NCBI RefSeq assembly: GCF_947568905.1
Contig: NC_079170.1
Location: 82,894,001 to 82,958,000, forward strand
Length of the DNA: 64,000 bases
Origin: Ostrea edulis
Taxonomy: Eukaryota
Reading direction: 5' to 3'
Part shown: positions 1 to 14,247 of the stretch, in pieces
Layout: every line of letters starts with the position of its first letter
Numbering within the stretch: the first letter of the stretch is position 1
Program-made: the position numbers and the translations under genes
The notes under the pieces: generated by a model
The model's input: the letters and a program-made list of their open reading frames with translations, nothing else
Databases searched by the model: none
What the model was told of the DNA's origin: nothing

Positions 1-809
1 TTTATCATTTTCTTTAATCGTAGAAGTCAAAGTTGTGAATATATTTTTATTTGAAAAGAAAATGCACACAGAACGTTATTAAGTTCCTCGGCATTGATTC
101 AAAGTTGGGAATATTCGAACGTAAATTTATGTTGAGTTTTAGACTTATGAAATGAGTCTAGGATGAAGTTATAAAGAATAGAGCATGTCCAGCTCTCGTT
201 CCCTCGGGATGTTTTAACAGACGGATATATTAGAACAAGTTTGTCAATAAAAATAATTAAACTCATCGACTAACAAAAACATAATTTGTACCATTCGATG
301 TTTCATTTCATTTTCCTGATGCTTATGTTTCAATGAAGATTAAGGAAGAAAATGATATGGTTTTGGGAAGTAAAGGTTAAGTATATAAATATACTTTATA
401 CTGAAATTCAGCTGTAATTTTATTGGACTGTGTCAATTTATGTTAACATAATGTCGTCCTTGCTGTATCTGGTGAGCATCATTAAGGTAAATAGTAATGT
501 TGATTCTGTCTCATGGTATATCTTCATAACTAATAATCAGAGGTGGCTTGCTTAAATCACTTTACATTATTTACCACAAAGCCTTTATAAGGGAACAGAG
601 TGAAACATAATTTGATCATGTTGATCAATGAGTGAAGATGGGACGATTCGAAAACAGTACACATGAATGGATTTTGGAAACTATTTGTCAAGGTACTAGC
701 AACTTATTACGATAGATATATACTACATCACAATATTATAAATATATTATGTAAAAATACCTATAAATAAAGCATGTTTTTCTTTACAAAACGACTATTA
801 TTTTTACAG

Positions 810-3556
810 ATTATACCTTCTGGCTGGTTACATCCGGGTGTGTAGTGTTTGGTTTTCTCCTTGGTCTAGTCATAACAGGCTTGCTATGTCGAAAGTACCA
901 CAGAAAATCACATAGGTATTAAATCTATGCAAATTATTTCAATAATAAAATCAAACATACATTAATTCGGTTGGTTGGTTGGTGATATATTGTTTAACGT
1001 CCCTCTCGAGAATATCTCACTCATTTGAAGACGTAAGTAGTGCCGATGAAGGGCTGCAAAATTTAGGCCTATGATCGGCGCTAACAGTTCTTGAGCAGGG
1101 AGGGATCATTATCGTGCCTCACCTGCTGTAACACGGGACCTCGGTTTTTGTGGTCTCATCCGAGGGACCACCCCATTTAGTCGCATCTTACGATAGGTGA
1201 AGGCTACTGAGGACTTATTTTAATCGTGATATTTCGTTTGGAATAATGCATTAACACATTTTGATGGATCGTGTTACCGGTCTGAAAATTTGTATTAGGG
1301 CCTCAATATCTATAAGAACACTATCATATGACACTAGAATATCAATGGTAAACATGTCTTATCGGGGAAGCTGCATTTTCCTAAGTAAAACCACGGTCCG
1401 GCTATCGTCCTAACTGTCAAAACAAAATTAATCTTACACTATGTGAAAATGATAGTAAAGGATTTGTATAACTGACGGCGGTTGCCGAGCAGCTAGGGTG
1501 TTCACCTCACAGATAGGGTGTTCATCTCACAGATAGGGTGCTCTACTCACAGATAGGGTGTTCACCTCACAGATAGGGTGTTCTACTCACAGATAGTGTG
1601 CTAACCTTACATATAGGATGTTCACCTTACAGATAGGGTGTTCACCTCACATATAGGGTGTTCACCTCACAGATAGGGTGTTCATCTCACAGATAGGGAG
1701 CTCTACTCACAGATAGTGTGCTAACCTTACATATAGGATGTTCACCTTACAGATAGGATGTTCACCTCACAGATAGTGTGTTCACTTCACACATAGGGTG
1801 TTCACTTCACAGATAGGGTGTTCACCTCACAGATAGGTTGCTCACCTCACAGATATATTGTTCACTTCACAGATAGGGTGTTCATATCACAGATATAGTG
1901 TTCACTTCACAGATACGATGTTCACCTCACATATATAGTATTCACTTCAGAGATAGGATGTTCACTTCACAGACAGGGTGCTCAACTCACAGATAGGGTG
2001 TTCACCTCACAGACAGGGTGCTCACCTCACAGATAGGTTGCTCACCTCACAGATAGGGTGCTCACCTCACAGATAGTGTTCACCTCACAGACAGGGTGCT
2101 CACCTTACAGACAGGGTGCTCACCTCACAGACAGGGTGCTCACCTCACAAATAAGGTGCTATAGGGTGTTCATGTTGCAGTCATGTCTCCAAGATGTCAA
2201 TTCCAGCGTCACGTCCGATCCAAATAGTTAACATGTTAACCTGCGTTTGATATTATTTTATGTTTTCATATATTTTAAGTGGTTTTAACTTGTTTTACAT
2301 GTAAAGCATTTAAGGGTAATTGTGTTATTAGATAAAAAGCTATATAAATGCACGATAATGATGATAATGATAATTAATTTCGCTGAAATCAGGAATAGCG
2401 TTAATAAGGTAAGCACTTTTCAATGGGTTGGGGTTATATTATCCCCAATAAAATACCTACGTGTGTGTGAGTGTCTCAGTTGTGTATTTCGAACAATACA
2501 GATATCTCCACTGGCATATATTGTTATTAAAACAGATGTATATTGTCAGTATAATTCATCTAATGTTGTTGGTAACATCTTTTCTGTCTATAGATCCTCG
2601 CCAAATGGTGCACAAGGACCTTCTAAAGGAACATATTATTTTGACGAAAGGCACAATTTGTCCAGGAAACCTACAGACCACAACGTCACTTCTAATTTTT
2701 ATACAAATGACGTCACTGAAATGCCCACGAGTTCAGTGAACTTTTATGAGGTATTCTGTTTATCAAAGAAAGGAAGAATATTGGCTCAATTAAATATGTT
2801 TCCTCAAACGTAACAAAGATGTGCATGCATGACACTGTAACCGTATTATATTTGGCGTGTACGATATTTGGCGGAAATCGCTTTTTCAACAAGTTAGCGT
2901 AGATTTGATTTAGCGCATTCCTGAATTACTTTAAACATCTAGATTTACGGATGGCATTTAGCAATGTACTTGATTTAGCGGAAGCTGCGTTCCGCCAAAG
3001 GTGCTAAATAGAATACGCAGCCAAATGTAATACATTTACAGTATTTAAAAGTACTGAAATATTCATTTTCATAGAATAATGTTTCGGTCATTGTTTGTAG
3101 ATCAATGAAAAAATGCTTCAATATCACATGAATAGGTACACAATCCATAGATAGTCATGAATGAGAAGTTAGAACTCATTTTGGTATTGCTCGAATATAA
3201 AATATTCGTCGAAAGGCTTTAATTAGAAAGAGACACCTAAAGTTACTGCAAATTACTAAAACATCGATTGACTTTTTTCTCTCATATCCATTTAAAAGAT
3301 TCGTAAAAAGGTATCATTTCCTGTAGTTTTTCAAATCATATAACGTTTCTACACAATTTCAAAGTAACTAATTTCATCGTAGAATCAAAGACATGGGATA
3401 CCAGCGGATAAGGAGATAGATGAATCTGACGATGAAAACGTGGACGATTACATCAAGATGACAAAACCGCCTAAAAATTTGCCGCGTTCCAATTCTAGAA
3501 AACAGAAAGTTCAGAAGAAAATTGATGAAGCAGCGATGTATATATCTATGTCATAA
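810..3556 (+). CDS. Single-pass membrane protein, paralog A (3' part only; upstream exons not found in the window)
   Basis: GT-AG exons 810-915 (DYTFWLVTSGCVVFGFLLGLVITGLLCRKYHRKSHR: TM plus basic stop-transfer), 2594-2750 (SSPNGAQ...VNFYE; inside track ORF 2322..2813) and 3383-3556 (NQRHG...DDYIKM...AMYISMS*). Phases join in frame (1-2, 2-0, 0-stop). Confidence 0.8.
968..1225 (-). mobile_element. SINE family 1 (Meta-core-like) copy
   Basis: Shares the core CTTTATCGTGCCACACCTGCTGTGACACGGGACCTCGG and a (GATT/GGTT)n tail with five other copies in the window. Confidence 0.75.
1495..2168. repeat. 20-bp minisatellite (CACAGATAGGGTGTTCACCT), about 33 copies
   Basis: Directly visible; lies in an intron of paralog A. 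Confidence 0.95.
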
Positions 3557-4277
3557 AAACTTTAGAGATGCCGTTATCCGTCATGTACAAACTAGAGACA
3601 CAAAAACTCAAGCAGAGTGTGCCATCTGTATATATTGATCTGATAGGATTTCTGAATCCGATGTTATTGAAGAATCACACCGCAACTCGTTACATATTGT
3701 TTTAGTGTATGAAATCTGTGGTCAAATTAACAGAAAGATTTGGAATTAATATTACCATTCTTATATTTAGTATTCATTATTTACGATACAGTCATGATCT
3801 TCCATGCATTAGATATTCAATCAATCAATATTTGTAAAAATGAAAATAAACTTTTACAATGAATCATATTTGCAAGTACTAGATCTAGATTGATATGACT
3901 GCGACCAAGCATCATTCAAATTAACTGCATATTTGTATTTGTTGATTAATTCATGTACAAGAGGCAATATATAGACAATTAATGAATTGATTTTCACGAA
4001 TTGCATATAAACAGGAAATATTTAAGTTGGAAACCTCTATATATAACTGAAGTGGTTATTGTATTGAATAAGGAAGAATAACATAGCTAGAATCACTTAG
4101 CCATATTTAAATAAAACGCAATGCTATTATCGGCTGTTCCAATCTAGAACGTCTGCACCACATTGGACTGTAGAACAATATACGATGAGTAATGTTCAAT
4201 GAAACTATGTGTAAAAAGATAAACGTAAATTACAAAGTGTCTTGAAATACTACAAGACCAAACACCAGTATGTATGT

Positions 4278-4552
4278 ATTGATTGATTGATTGGTTGATT
4301 GATTGATTGAATACTGTTTAACGTCTCTCTCGACAATCTTGTAGACATTTGGAAACGTCACCAAGATCAACGAAAGGTTCAAATTTAAACCTATGCTCGA
4401 CACTTCCTGCTTTTGTAGAGGGATCTTTATCGTGCCACACCTGTTGTGACACGGGACCTCGGGTTTGAAGTATCATTCGAAGGACCACCCCAATTAGTCG
4501 CCTCTTACGACAAGCAAGGGGTACTGAGGACCTATTCTAAACGGGATCCCCG
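4278..4552 (-). mobile_element. SINE family 1 copy
   Basis: Same core, (GATT)n tail. Confidence 0.75.
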
Positions 4553-5264
4553 GTAAATTGGTAAATCTATCTCAGATGTAGATGAAATAATATCACATCA
4601 TGTATTCAGTTCCTTAACTTTAAATTTATTTTAAAAAGGAATTGATGCAGTCAATATAAGCAACATTCTTCATCATGAAAACGTTTAGTCTTGTAATCCA
4701 CTATATTTCAAGTTCAAGTCCACACTCTGTGCGTCCTACAGATATACTTCTCCTACTGTATCTAAACTTTTTTAAATTACAAACAAGCTTTGGAGTGCCT
4801 AGATAGAAATATATAATCGACATGTACCTACGTGTTATTGTTCTTCGTTTTCAGCTATAACCCCGTTGGACATGCCATCACTGATTATGTCAATATAGTT
4901 GAAGATGAGGACCTTAATTCACTTATTCTAAAACGTCCTAAATTCAGAGAAGCCCAATTGGTGACTAAACATCTATATTTTGATTTCGGTCGAAGATGAT
5001 TCAAATATGAAAAACGAATTAGACACCTTGGCAGAATGGATAAGAGGAATCACATAGTAGATACACCAAAATGCGTATCATCTATCCTTGTGTGTTTAGT
5101 AACCCATCTTATCAGTTACCATTACTATCGACAATAGTAGGGGGACTGTAATCCAAACTATATTCGTTTGCATGTGAAAATAAACACATAATGATTGTAT
5201 TCAAATTATAGTGGAAGGCCAGGCCCTCTTCCCGTCTAAAGTAATATTAAGCACTCTGATTACC

Positions 5265-5275
5265 AGAGAGAGAGG

Positions 5276-5328
<53 letters not shown>
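5265..5328. repeat. (GA)n microsatellite
   Basis: Directly visible. (TA)n tracts also occur at 6388-6436, 11880-11934 and 14195-14243. Confidence 0.97.
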
Positions 5329-5329
<1 letters not shown>

Positions 5330-5989
5330 ATATCATTAACTTGTGGATATCCCTATAACAATATATGTATGCTTCTCATTGGCTAAATACAAGAATTCCC
5401 TGCATTTACGAATATTTCAAACCAAGAATTGAATGAAATACGGTAGGTTAAAATAGAGAAAATAAAAGTTCGTTTTTTTTTTTCAATCTCATAACTTTTA
5501 TAAGCAATGCAAAATAGAGAGATTGGCTAACACGTACCCCTGAATATACCAGAAGTGGGATCTGGTGCATAAGAGGAGTAAGCATCCCTTGTTGACAGGT
5601 CACACAATATCATTGGACGAATCACTTACGTAATTAACAGCTCCATCATGCAAGGAACTTATCAAATTCATACATGCACAAGTATAAAAGGAAATATACC
5701 TATAGATGAACGGACAAAGCCTGCATTCTACTAATCCTATTAAGCAAAGAGTGAGTAATAGCATCAAGTTTAATGCTATTGAAATTCGTACAAAATTGAA
5801 ATAATGAATTTGTGAAAATGTTCAAAGTTGGAAACAACTTTTACAATTAGAATTTTTTCTTAACTAAAAATTCCAATGTGGAATAGGGCATTTCCAAAAA
5901 TCTTTTTGGATTATTCGATCTTATGATCAGCTTATTTTTTTTAATTGCTTTCCAGGATTTTAAATAAAACCTCGGTCAAAAAGGTTTTG

Positions 5990-6350
5990 ATGAAAAGATG
6001 AAGATAACGAACAGTGCTAAATCTCATAATTCCTATAATGAATACAAAATTAAGAATAGGGCAAATACATGTACGAACCCCTGGAGATAACAGAGGTGGG
6101 ATCATGCGCCTAGGAGGAGTAAGCATCCCCATCGACCATGAATCCTATGTCTTGATGAGGTAAACGGGGTAATCCGTAGTCACAATCATATAAAGAACGG
6201 TGAAACACGTCAAATAGTATTTAACCGATGACAGGTTATATTGGTTTGATCGTTATAACGACCAATATAATTTGCAAAATGTTGACTTTAAACGAAGCTG
6301 TTGAAACGCTTGTAACATCATCTTGTCAGTCAGTAGCCTGCCTCGATTCA
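5990..6350 (-). mobile_element. Naiad-type 3' end/terminal repeat copy
   Basis: GAAGATAACGAACAGTG...GGTGGGATC..GCGCCTAGGAGGAGTAAGCATCCCC matches the reverse complement of 32030-32180. Confidence 0.7.
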
Positions 6351-6384
6351 AAAACCGATTAAACTTATGCGTATCGAATCAGTT

Positions 6385-6439
<55 letters not shown>

Positions 6440-7899
6440 TTAATTTTGTATTCTTTATAAGAATTATGAGATTTAGCACTGTTCGTTATCTTCATCTTTT
6501 CATCAAAATCTTTTTGACCGAGGTTTTATTTAAAATCCTGGAAAGCAATTAAAAAAAAATAAGCTGATCATAAGATCGAATAATCCAACAAGATTTTTGG
6601 AAATGCCCTATTCCACATTGGAATTTTTAGTTAAGAAAAAAATTCTAATTGTAAAAGTTTCCAACTTTGAATATTTTCACAAATTCATTATTTCAATTGC
6701 TTTGTGGAATATTGCTGATATATTTCTTTGTAGTCCCTGATGCCCAATAAAACAGATTATAGTAACTGGGGAAAACTGAAGCAAAAGGAATTGAAAAATC
6801 CATAATGAAATGAAATAACAAAACAAACTTTATTTCAGCAAAATCTTTTAAATGTCTCTAGAATGTTCGTTTCATGGCAATTAGGTATGAAAAGAATTTT
6901 TTCTAGACAATGTTTATTTGACATCTTCATGAGCAGATAGATTCATATAAAATCAACTAAATTCTAAATGATTTTGAAGATATCAGATGCTATATTAATA
7001 GATATTGGTGTCATGGAACGGAAATGCACACTCATGAGGAGACCACACAGCATCACATAATCCACAAGCATGCTTTAATAAACTTTTTGTTCGGTTTATT
7101 TGTGTGTGAATATTTTGCATAATTGTTTCCATTGTTAGATGTGTGTGAAATAGCTCAGTTTATTACATGCGGAACTTCCAATAGAAATGGACGGTGGTAA
7201 GTACTACTTACCATGATTATTGCTTTAATAATAATTTCAAAATGAAAAATAAATTCATTAGATACAAACTTTGAGAAGAAAGGGGAAAAATTGTATTTCT
7301 TACCATCTCGAATAATTTCTATCTGTGTCGTCATTATTCCACCAAGAACATTATGACGTGGCTCAATTTTAATTGTTTCGTATTTTCTTGTGTATGTGCT
7401 GCAACGTTCCAAAAATATAAAGTATTTTTGAATATATATTCTGCCAAATTTTGACCAACAATAAAACATTTGATTCTGGTGGAGGTGTGTGGATACCTCA
7501 GATGTCACTTGTTAAAGGCAGGTTGGTTTTTCCCTAGCCTTACAAGGTTTGCACGCATGAGCAATAGCTACTTTTTCATGTTACATACCAACTGGCGGAA
7601 AATATAAGCAAACTCAATTGGATTAGGAATATAATTCACCAAATGGACAGTCGATCTAAATATCTCACAAGAGTAAAGTATTTCGGAGATATATGTCTAG
7701 ATCTAAGCAGCATATTTCAGTTGATTTTAATGCCTAATACAAGAGAGGTATATTATGGTATAAAGTTGTTTTTGCATGCAATTATTCCATATGCAATCCT
7801 GTTTCATGGTCATGACAGCCTATAGAGGAGGATATTATATACTTTTATTACTAGTGGTTTAAGGTATTCGTTTATAAATTGCATACTTATCATCAATGC

Positions 7900-8150
7900 A
7901 TAAGTGAAAGTTGTAGATAACGAACAGTGGTCAATCTCATAACTCCTATAAGCAATACAAAATAGAGAGTTGGGCAAACACGGACCCCTGGACAGATTAG
8001 AGGTGGGTTCAGGTGCCTCGAAAGGGTAAGCATCCTCGGTCGACCGGTCACACCCGCCATGAGCCCTATATCCTGATCAGGTAAACGGAGGTGGTATCAG
8101 GTGCCTAGGAAGCCTAAGCATCGCCCGTCGACTGGTCACATCCCGACCAG
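7900..8150 (-). mobile_element. Naiad-type terminal repeat copy
   Basis: Same terminal sequence (GATAACGAACAGTGGTCAATCTCATAACTCC...GTCGACCGGTCACACCCGCC). Confidence 0.72.
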
Positions 8151-8258
8151 GCAAAATGGTTCAGGAATAGAATTTATAAGGGAATATATGTGTATATTTA
8201 GATTTAAGAACGAAAGAATAATATAAATGATAATTATTATTTTCCTCTTCTTTCTCAG

Positions 8259-11200
8259 ATTGTATACGCAAGACCATGCAGTGTGTAAAATGGGTCACCG
8301 AATGCCAGTCAGGTGACACTCTAAGTCCCTACTTTCACTATTACAGAAAAAAGTCTACTGATCCAGAATAAGATGTGTAAGAAAAACATTACTTTGCCTT
8401 TCAGGGGATGACCATTCTAACCGTATTGTAAAAAGAGACACTTGGCATTCAACTACAACTAACGTTCATAATACGTCCACAAATCTGACATCATCAACAC
8501 GATTTCAAGGTAGTCAAAAATTTAACTTGCACTCCATTGAATATCCCTTTTATTACCCTTGAAAACGTTAGTTTAAATGTAGTATTATCGGGAATAAGAA
8601 AAGAATTTCTTTTTCCCGATGTATGGCTCTACAATGTAAAACTTATACGGTACCAATTTTGATGCACCAGATGCGCATTTTGACAAATAATGTCTCTTCA
8701 GTGATGCTCAACCGAAATGTTTGAAATCCGAAATAACTATGAAGTTTTAGATCTAAATATAGCCCAAAACAGCGTGCCAAACAAGTGCAGCCAAATACGT
8801 CCAAGGATAAGAGCTATGCATGAGGGAGATAGTCCTTAATTTTGAAATGAATTTCTAAATTTTATAACAGCAATTCAATATACATCTGTATTTTCAAGCT
8901 AGTAACGAAGTACTTAGCTACTGGGCTGTAGAGACTCTCGGGGACTAAAAGTCCACCAGCAGAGGCCTCGACCCAGGGGTCATAATGTAAAACTTATACG
9001 GTACCAATTTTGATGCACCAGATGCGCATTTCGACAAATAATGTCTCTTCAGTGATGCTCAACCGAAATGTTTGAAATCCGAAATAACTATGAAGTTTTA
9101 GATCTAAATATAGCCAAAAACAGCGTACCAAACAATGATTTACAATGAGTCAGGGGTCAAGATTTAGCTTACCTTCATCTATCTCTTATACTTTAACAGC
9201 TTTGTGATGGGTAACCCTGATAATTTATAAGAATGGGTGTCTTTGCATCTAGCAAACAGAATAAAACGGAATCTGTGTCCTAACAAAGATAGAATATAAA
9301 ACCTTAGTTAAGAACATATTACCAAAGAGATCTATAATGCATCTTTTAAATCTTTTTGGTGGTGCAATCAATGTTTCAAAGTTTTTTAGTACATTAAAGC
9401 ACCAATTTTTCGTATAACTTAAAAATCAAGGTTTTTAATTGATCATGTATTTGAAACTTATGCTAAATCCTGATCAGGATATAGGGCTCACGACGGGTGT
9501 GACCGGTCGACGGGGATGCTTACCTTTCCTAGACACCTGATCCCACTTCTGATGTGTCCAGGGATCCGTGTTTGCCCAACTCCCCAGTTTGTAATGTTTA
9601 TAGGAGCTATGAAATTGATCACCGTTCGTTATCTTCACCTTTCAACAAATGTACCCTCTCTTCAGCTTGTATCCGGGAGGTGAAGTAGATACATACGACG
9701 TGAATTTAGATGTCCCCGGGAGTCTCTACAGCCCAGTAGCTAAGTATTTCGTGACTAGCTTGAAAATACGGATGTATATTTATTCGCAGTGTTAAAATTT
9801 AGAAATTCATTTCAAAATTAAGGATGATATCTCCCTCATGCATAGCTCTGATCTTTGGACGAATTTGGCTTCAATTTATTTTGGCACTCTAGTTTTCCTT
9901 TTAGCTCTTACAAGTTTATTGTCATTTCGAATTTCCAAAATTTCGGCTTGAGCATCACTGAGGAGACATTGTTGGTCGAAATGCGCATCTGGTGCATCAA
10001 AATTGGTACCGTATAACTTTAACATTATGACCCCTGGGTCGAGGCCTCTGCTGGTGGACCGTTCGTCCCCGAGGGTCTCTACAGCCCAGTAACTAAGTAT
10101 TTCGTTACTAGCTTGAAAATACGGATGCATATTTAATTGCAGTGTTAAAATTTACACTTACGTTGATACATTACAGGATGCATAAAATGTTCCACCAAAC
10201 CCCTAACTTTGCCCTTCACAAAAATATTAACTGATTTTAGAGAGAGGCTTCCGACGCACTGGCCAACAACATATTCAAGAAATGGTTTAAATCAAATATG
10301 GACTCTTAAAAATTCCAAAGAACTATGAATGGATTCTAAATCACAATAGTTTTCCAAAATTAACAGGACCAAACTTTTTAACACTTTACATTTCCATTCA
10401 TTACGATGAATTAAAGAGTTTATGGTTTTTAAATCATAGACAGCTGTTATGTCAATGAAAATGGAACTAGGAAATGTCATAGCATGTTAACCTGTGACCA
10501 GCCATCTAAAAACAGTTTGATAAGGACCATTCTTATTCTACGCACAAATACTCTGAAGTTAATAATAGTGAAAAACGCCCGAGTTCTCCATTGACAAAAG
10601 ATAATATTATACAATTCTTTGGAGAGCATGTCTTCCAGTAGTCGCGTGGAATTCCCACGACTACAAATTATCCGCGATCAACGTACAATGTAGCATGGGA
10701 AATATTCAAGAATATGATGATTGTAAATCGAAAACCACGTAACGCAATCCTTAAGATATGCCGGTACCTATAGCACATTATATTTTTTTTTACAGCCAAC
10801 ACTCTCACTCTGTCTGTTTCGGGGTCCGCAATTGTTGGACTGCTGCTAGGGATGATGACGATGTTTCTTATCATTTGGAGATGCGAAAAAAGAAAGATAT
10901 GGTGAACTTTACAATTCTTTCAGCATTTAAGAAAGTGTCAAACCTAATATCGATGACATTATAGTTATAGACGTGTAAGTGTTTGGTAGAATGTACATCA
11001 AAGCCAACTAGGAAGGTTCATTTAATGAATATTGCAGTGTTACAGAGAACAATTTAAGACTGATTCTATATGTAACTATCAAAAATTGATGGCCATGACA
11101 TGTCACATAGATTTTGATGAAACTTTGTATATAATAATATGATAGGTATAAGACAAAATTAACATGCAAAGGTTTGACTTAGTAAAGGTTGCCATGGAAA

Positions 11201-11875
11201 CCTATCCTATAACAACAGCTGATCGAAATAAGTAATATTTCAAATAATTCCTAAAAAATGTTATTGTTGATAAAAACAACTACAGAAAATGTTTTGCTAA
11301 GTTAGTTTTAGTTTTTTTTAAAATTTCATTTATAATCATTCAGTCCATGAAAACAATCCAAATAATATTTTTTGTAATAAACAAGGGTTTGATATATAGT
11401 TTATAAAAGAGGATTTTTAAAAATCTAATTACCTAGCATATTAATCATACATTGCAGATTGCATTGAGGTCTTTAAGAATTTGATATTTACCCCAAAATA
11501 ATATACTATATATACAATTTCATTTCTTTTTTAAATTGTGTTTCATTTTGTTGTTTTCTTCTTAATTGATATATATTTGGTAAATTTACTTTTTCGTTAA
11601 TTGAACACAGGGAAGATAGCATTTTAGGAAATGTCAATTGTCAAGGTAATGAACAAGTCCTTAAATTTTATACAAGTTATAACATATCAATTCATGAAAC
11701 AGTAAATAAAATCCATTGAATATAGGGTTATTATGGGTTGGATACATGGTTATGTAATATCAATATTGCATCGTGTTGTGCCTGTGGCATTTCCTGTGGA
11801 CAATTAAAATATGTTTCATATGTAACATATTACAACCATCGTTTTATGTAATTTTGTCATTAGGTGTGATATTAA

Positions 11876-11936
<61 letters not shown>

Positions 11937-14191
11937 GTGAAGTACTATATATTTATATAGATTTTTCTTATTTCATGGGACGAATCACATGTTCCTGTCG
12001 CGTTGGCAAGCTTAATGCATGTACAGATACATGTAGGTATTGTGCTTGTTAAGTATAACCAAGGATAATTTTTCTTAGTTTCTTATTAAATATTTGATAC
12101 ATGTAAACTTTAGATCAAGGTAACATGTGCAGCAATCAAATATTAGGTAAGCCATATTGTATGAGTTTAACAATGACACAACTTTTTGCACCCATTCTTG
12201 TAGTACTGAATTATATATAGACCTGTGCATATTGTAATTGTAAATGTAAAGTTGTACATATAACGTATACATTTATATTTATGGTTTTCATGTCTTTATT
12301 GTAAATTTTATTCTAGTACTGGCCGTGGTATTTTCAGTGAATTGGCTGTTCATGAATTATTAAATGATTGAAGAGTTACTTAGTGTGTGCGAGGGAATGG
12401 GGGGGGGATCTTATTGAACTACATTTCATCTTTACTTGTATGTTTTTCCCTCATCAATTTTTTTTATATTCTCCATGTTTACAGTGTATTATTGATTGTT
12501 TTTGTCATTCAAATTGACTGAAAATCTCATAGGTTTGTTCTATTTGTCAAATTATGAATTTTGGCAAAATGCCCAAACCCACATTTTTCATACTACAATA
12601 GCTCAAATCTGATGCGTTTCGTCATAATGGCATTAATCTATTTATATGTATGAAAAGTCTTAAATATGAACTTTTTATGACAGTTGATTATGTTGAATGT
12701 ATTTGCCAAATTATTTTAATTTATCATTGAAATACCCAAATATTATGAATTTTGACAAAATGCCCAAACCTACATTTTTCATACTACAATAGCTCAAATC
12801 TGATACGTTCCATCATTAATCTATTTATATGTATTAAAAGTCTTTAATATGAAATTTGTTATGACAGTTGATTATGCTGAATGTATTTGCCAAATTATTT
12901 TAATTTATCGTTGAAATACACCAAAAAACCACTTTTGGCAGAGAGCCAAATTGTAATACATTGATATATGGGCCAATAACACACTCTCTACTTATGAAGG
13001 GTTATAAGTAGTATAAATAAAGAGACAATGGTATAGGAAAACAAGATTTATTGAGAGTGTTTGGTTTTAGTTTTAAGTTTTTGTATACCTCACGGTCAAA
13101 AATGGATAAAACAGGCTAAATTTTGCAGTTAAATTTAGTCTTCATAGACTGCTGTTGGTTTCCATGGCAACGGATAGTATAAATTTGGTTTATAAAGTTT
13201 AAAATTATGTAAGATAGTGCAAATTAGGTTGATACTGTGAAAATGAAAGAAATCTGTGACATTGAGTGGCCGGAACCTATCTAAAAAAATTATTCTTACA
13301 CAGAATTGATCTTAATAGAGGAACGTCATCGATATTACCTAACTAGAATCACTATCAATTGAAGAAGTTGGCTGATGTTAGAAAAATGATTCCTTTTAAT
13401 TAAATCAAATAACATCTAGATTAAAATTGGTTTGTATTCTTCCTGTGTGTATAAAGATGACGTACTTCAAATTATGTTTATTTCGAGTGATGGAGAGTAA
13501 ATTGGAGTGAACAAATGCGCTTATCAGCACAGTCCCTCGTGTAATGTGATATAACAATATCCTCCACGTTATCTGGTATTTAAAATTCATATTAAGGTCA
13601 TCATAGAAATGTTTAGGAAATATGTTTATTAGTCTGATATTTCCATGGGAAAACTTTGGTTACACTTATTAATCATTTATAGCAATTTGTTGAAATCCCA
13701 CGACAATTACAAATATAGGAAATTATGATATCAAATCCATGCAACGGTGGGGAATGATTCAATTGTATTTGTCGGATATAATTTCGAAAACCCAATCTCA
13801 AACAGGAAATATGGATCACGAAGATAAAAATGAATGACTAACAGTTTTTGAAAAAGAAAAGAAAAATTGTGATCTTATGCAAGAATATGTGTGCTATTTA
13901 GTTTGATTTGACCTCATGTCTCCATCATTAAAAACCTTATAACTTTCGTTTAATAAATGATAATGAAAATGTTAAACTTATGGAACGTGATTTTTGTATT
14001 GTATCAGGAAGCCATCAAGCTTTCCTGTCACAACAGAGGAAAGTGGCATATTACATCCGGAAGTTGGTAGTGAATGGAGGGACACAAGATCTTGTAGAGT
14101 TGTAAACGAAAATGTGAGAAATAATTCTTGAATTTTTTTGGTAGTAGTCCGTAGACAGCATAGGGTTTCTATATAGTTTTCGGAATATCTA

Positions 14192-14247
<56 letters not shown>

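Noticed and set aside
6367-6552. ORFs with (YI)n runs here and at 13978..14289
   Set aside because: Translations of (TA)n microsatellites.
11085-13275. Large non-autonomous DNA element with degenerate inverted ends (GGTTGCCATGGAAACC / GGTTTCCATGGCAAC)
   Set aside because: Only short patchy inverted matches; boundaries and TSD could not be fixed, so it is not called as a feature.
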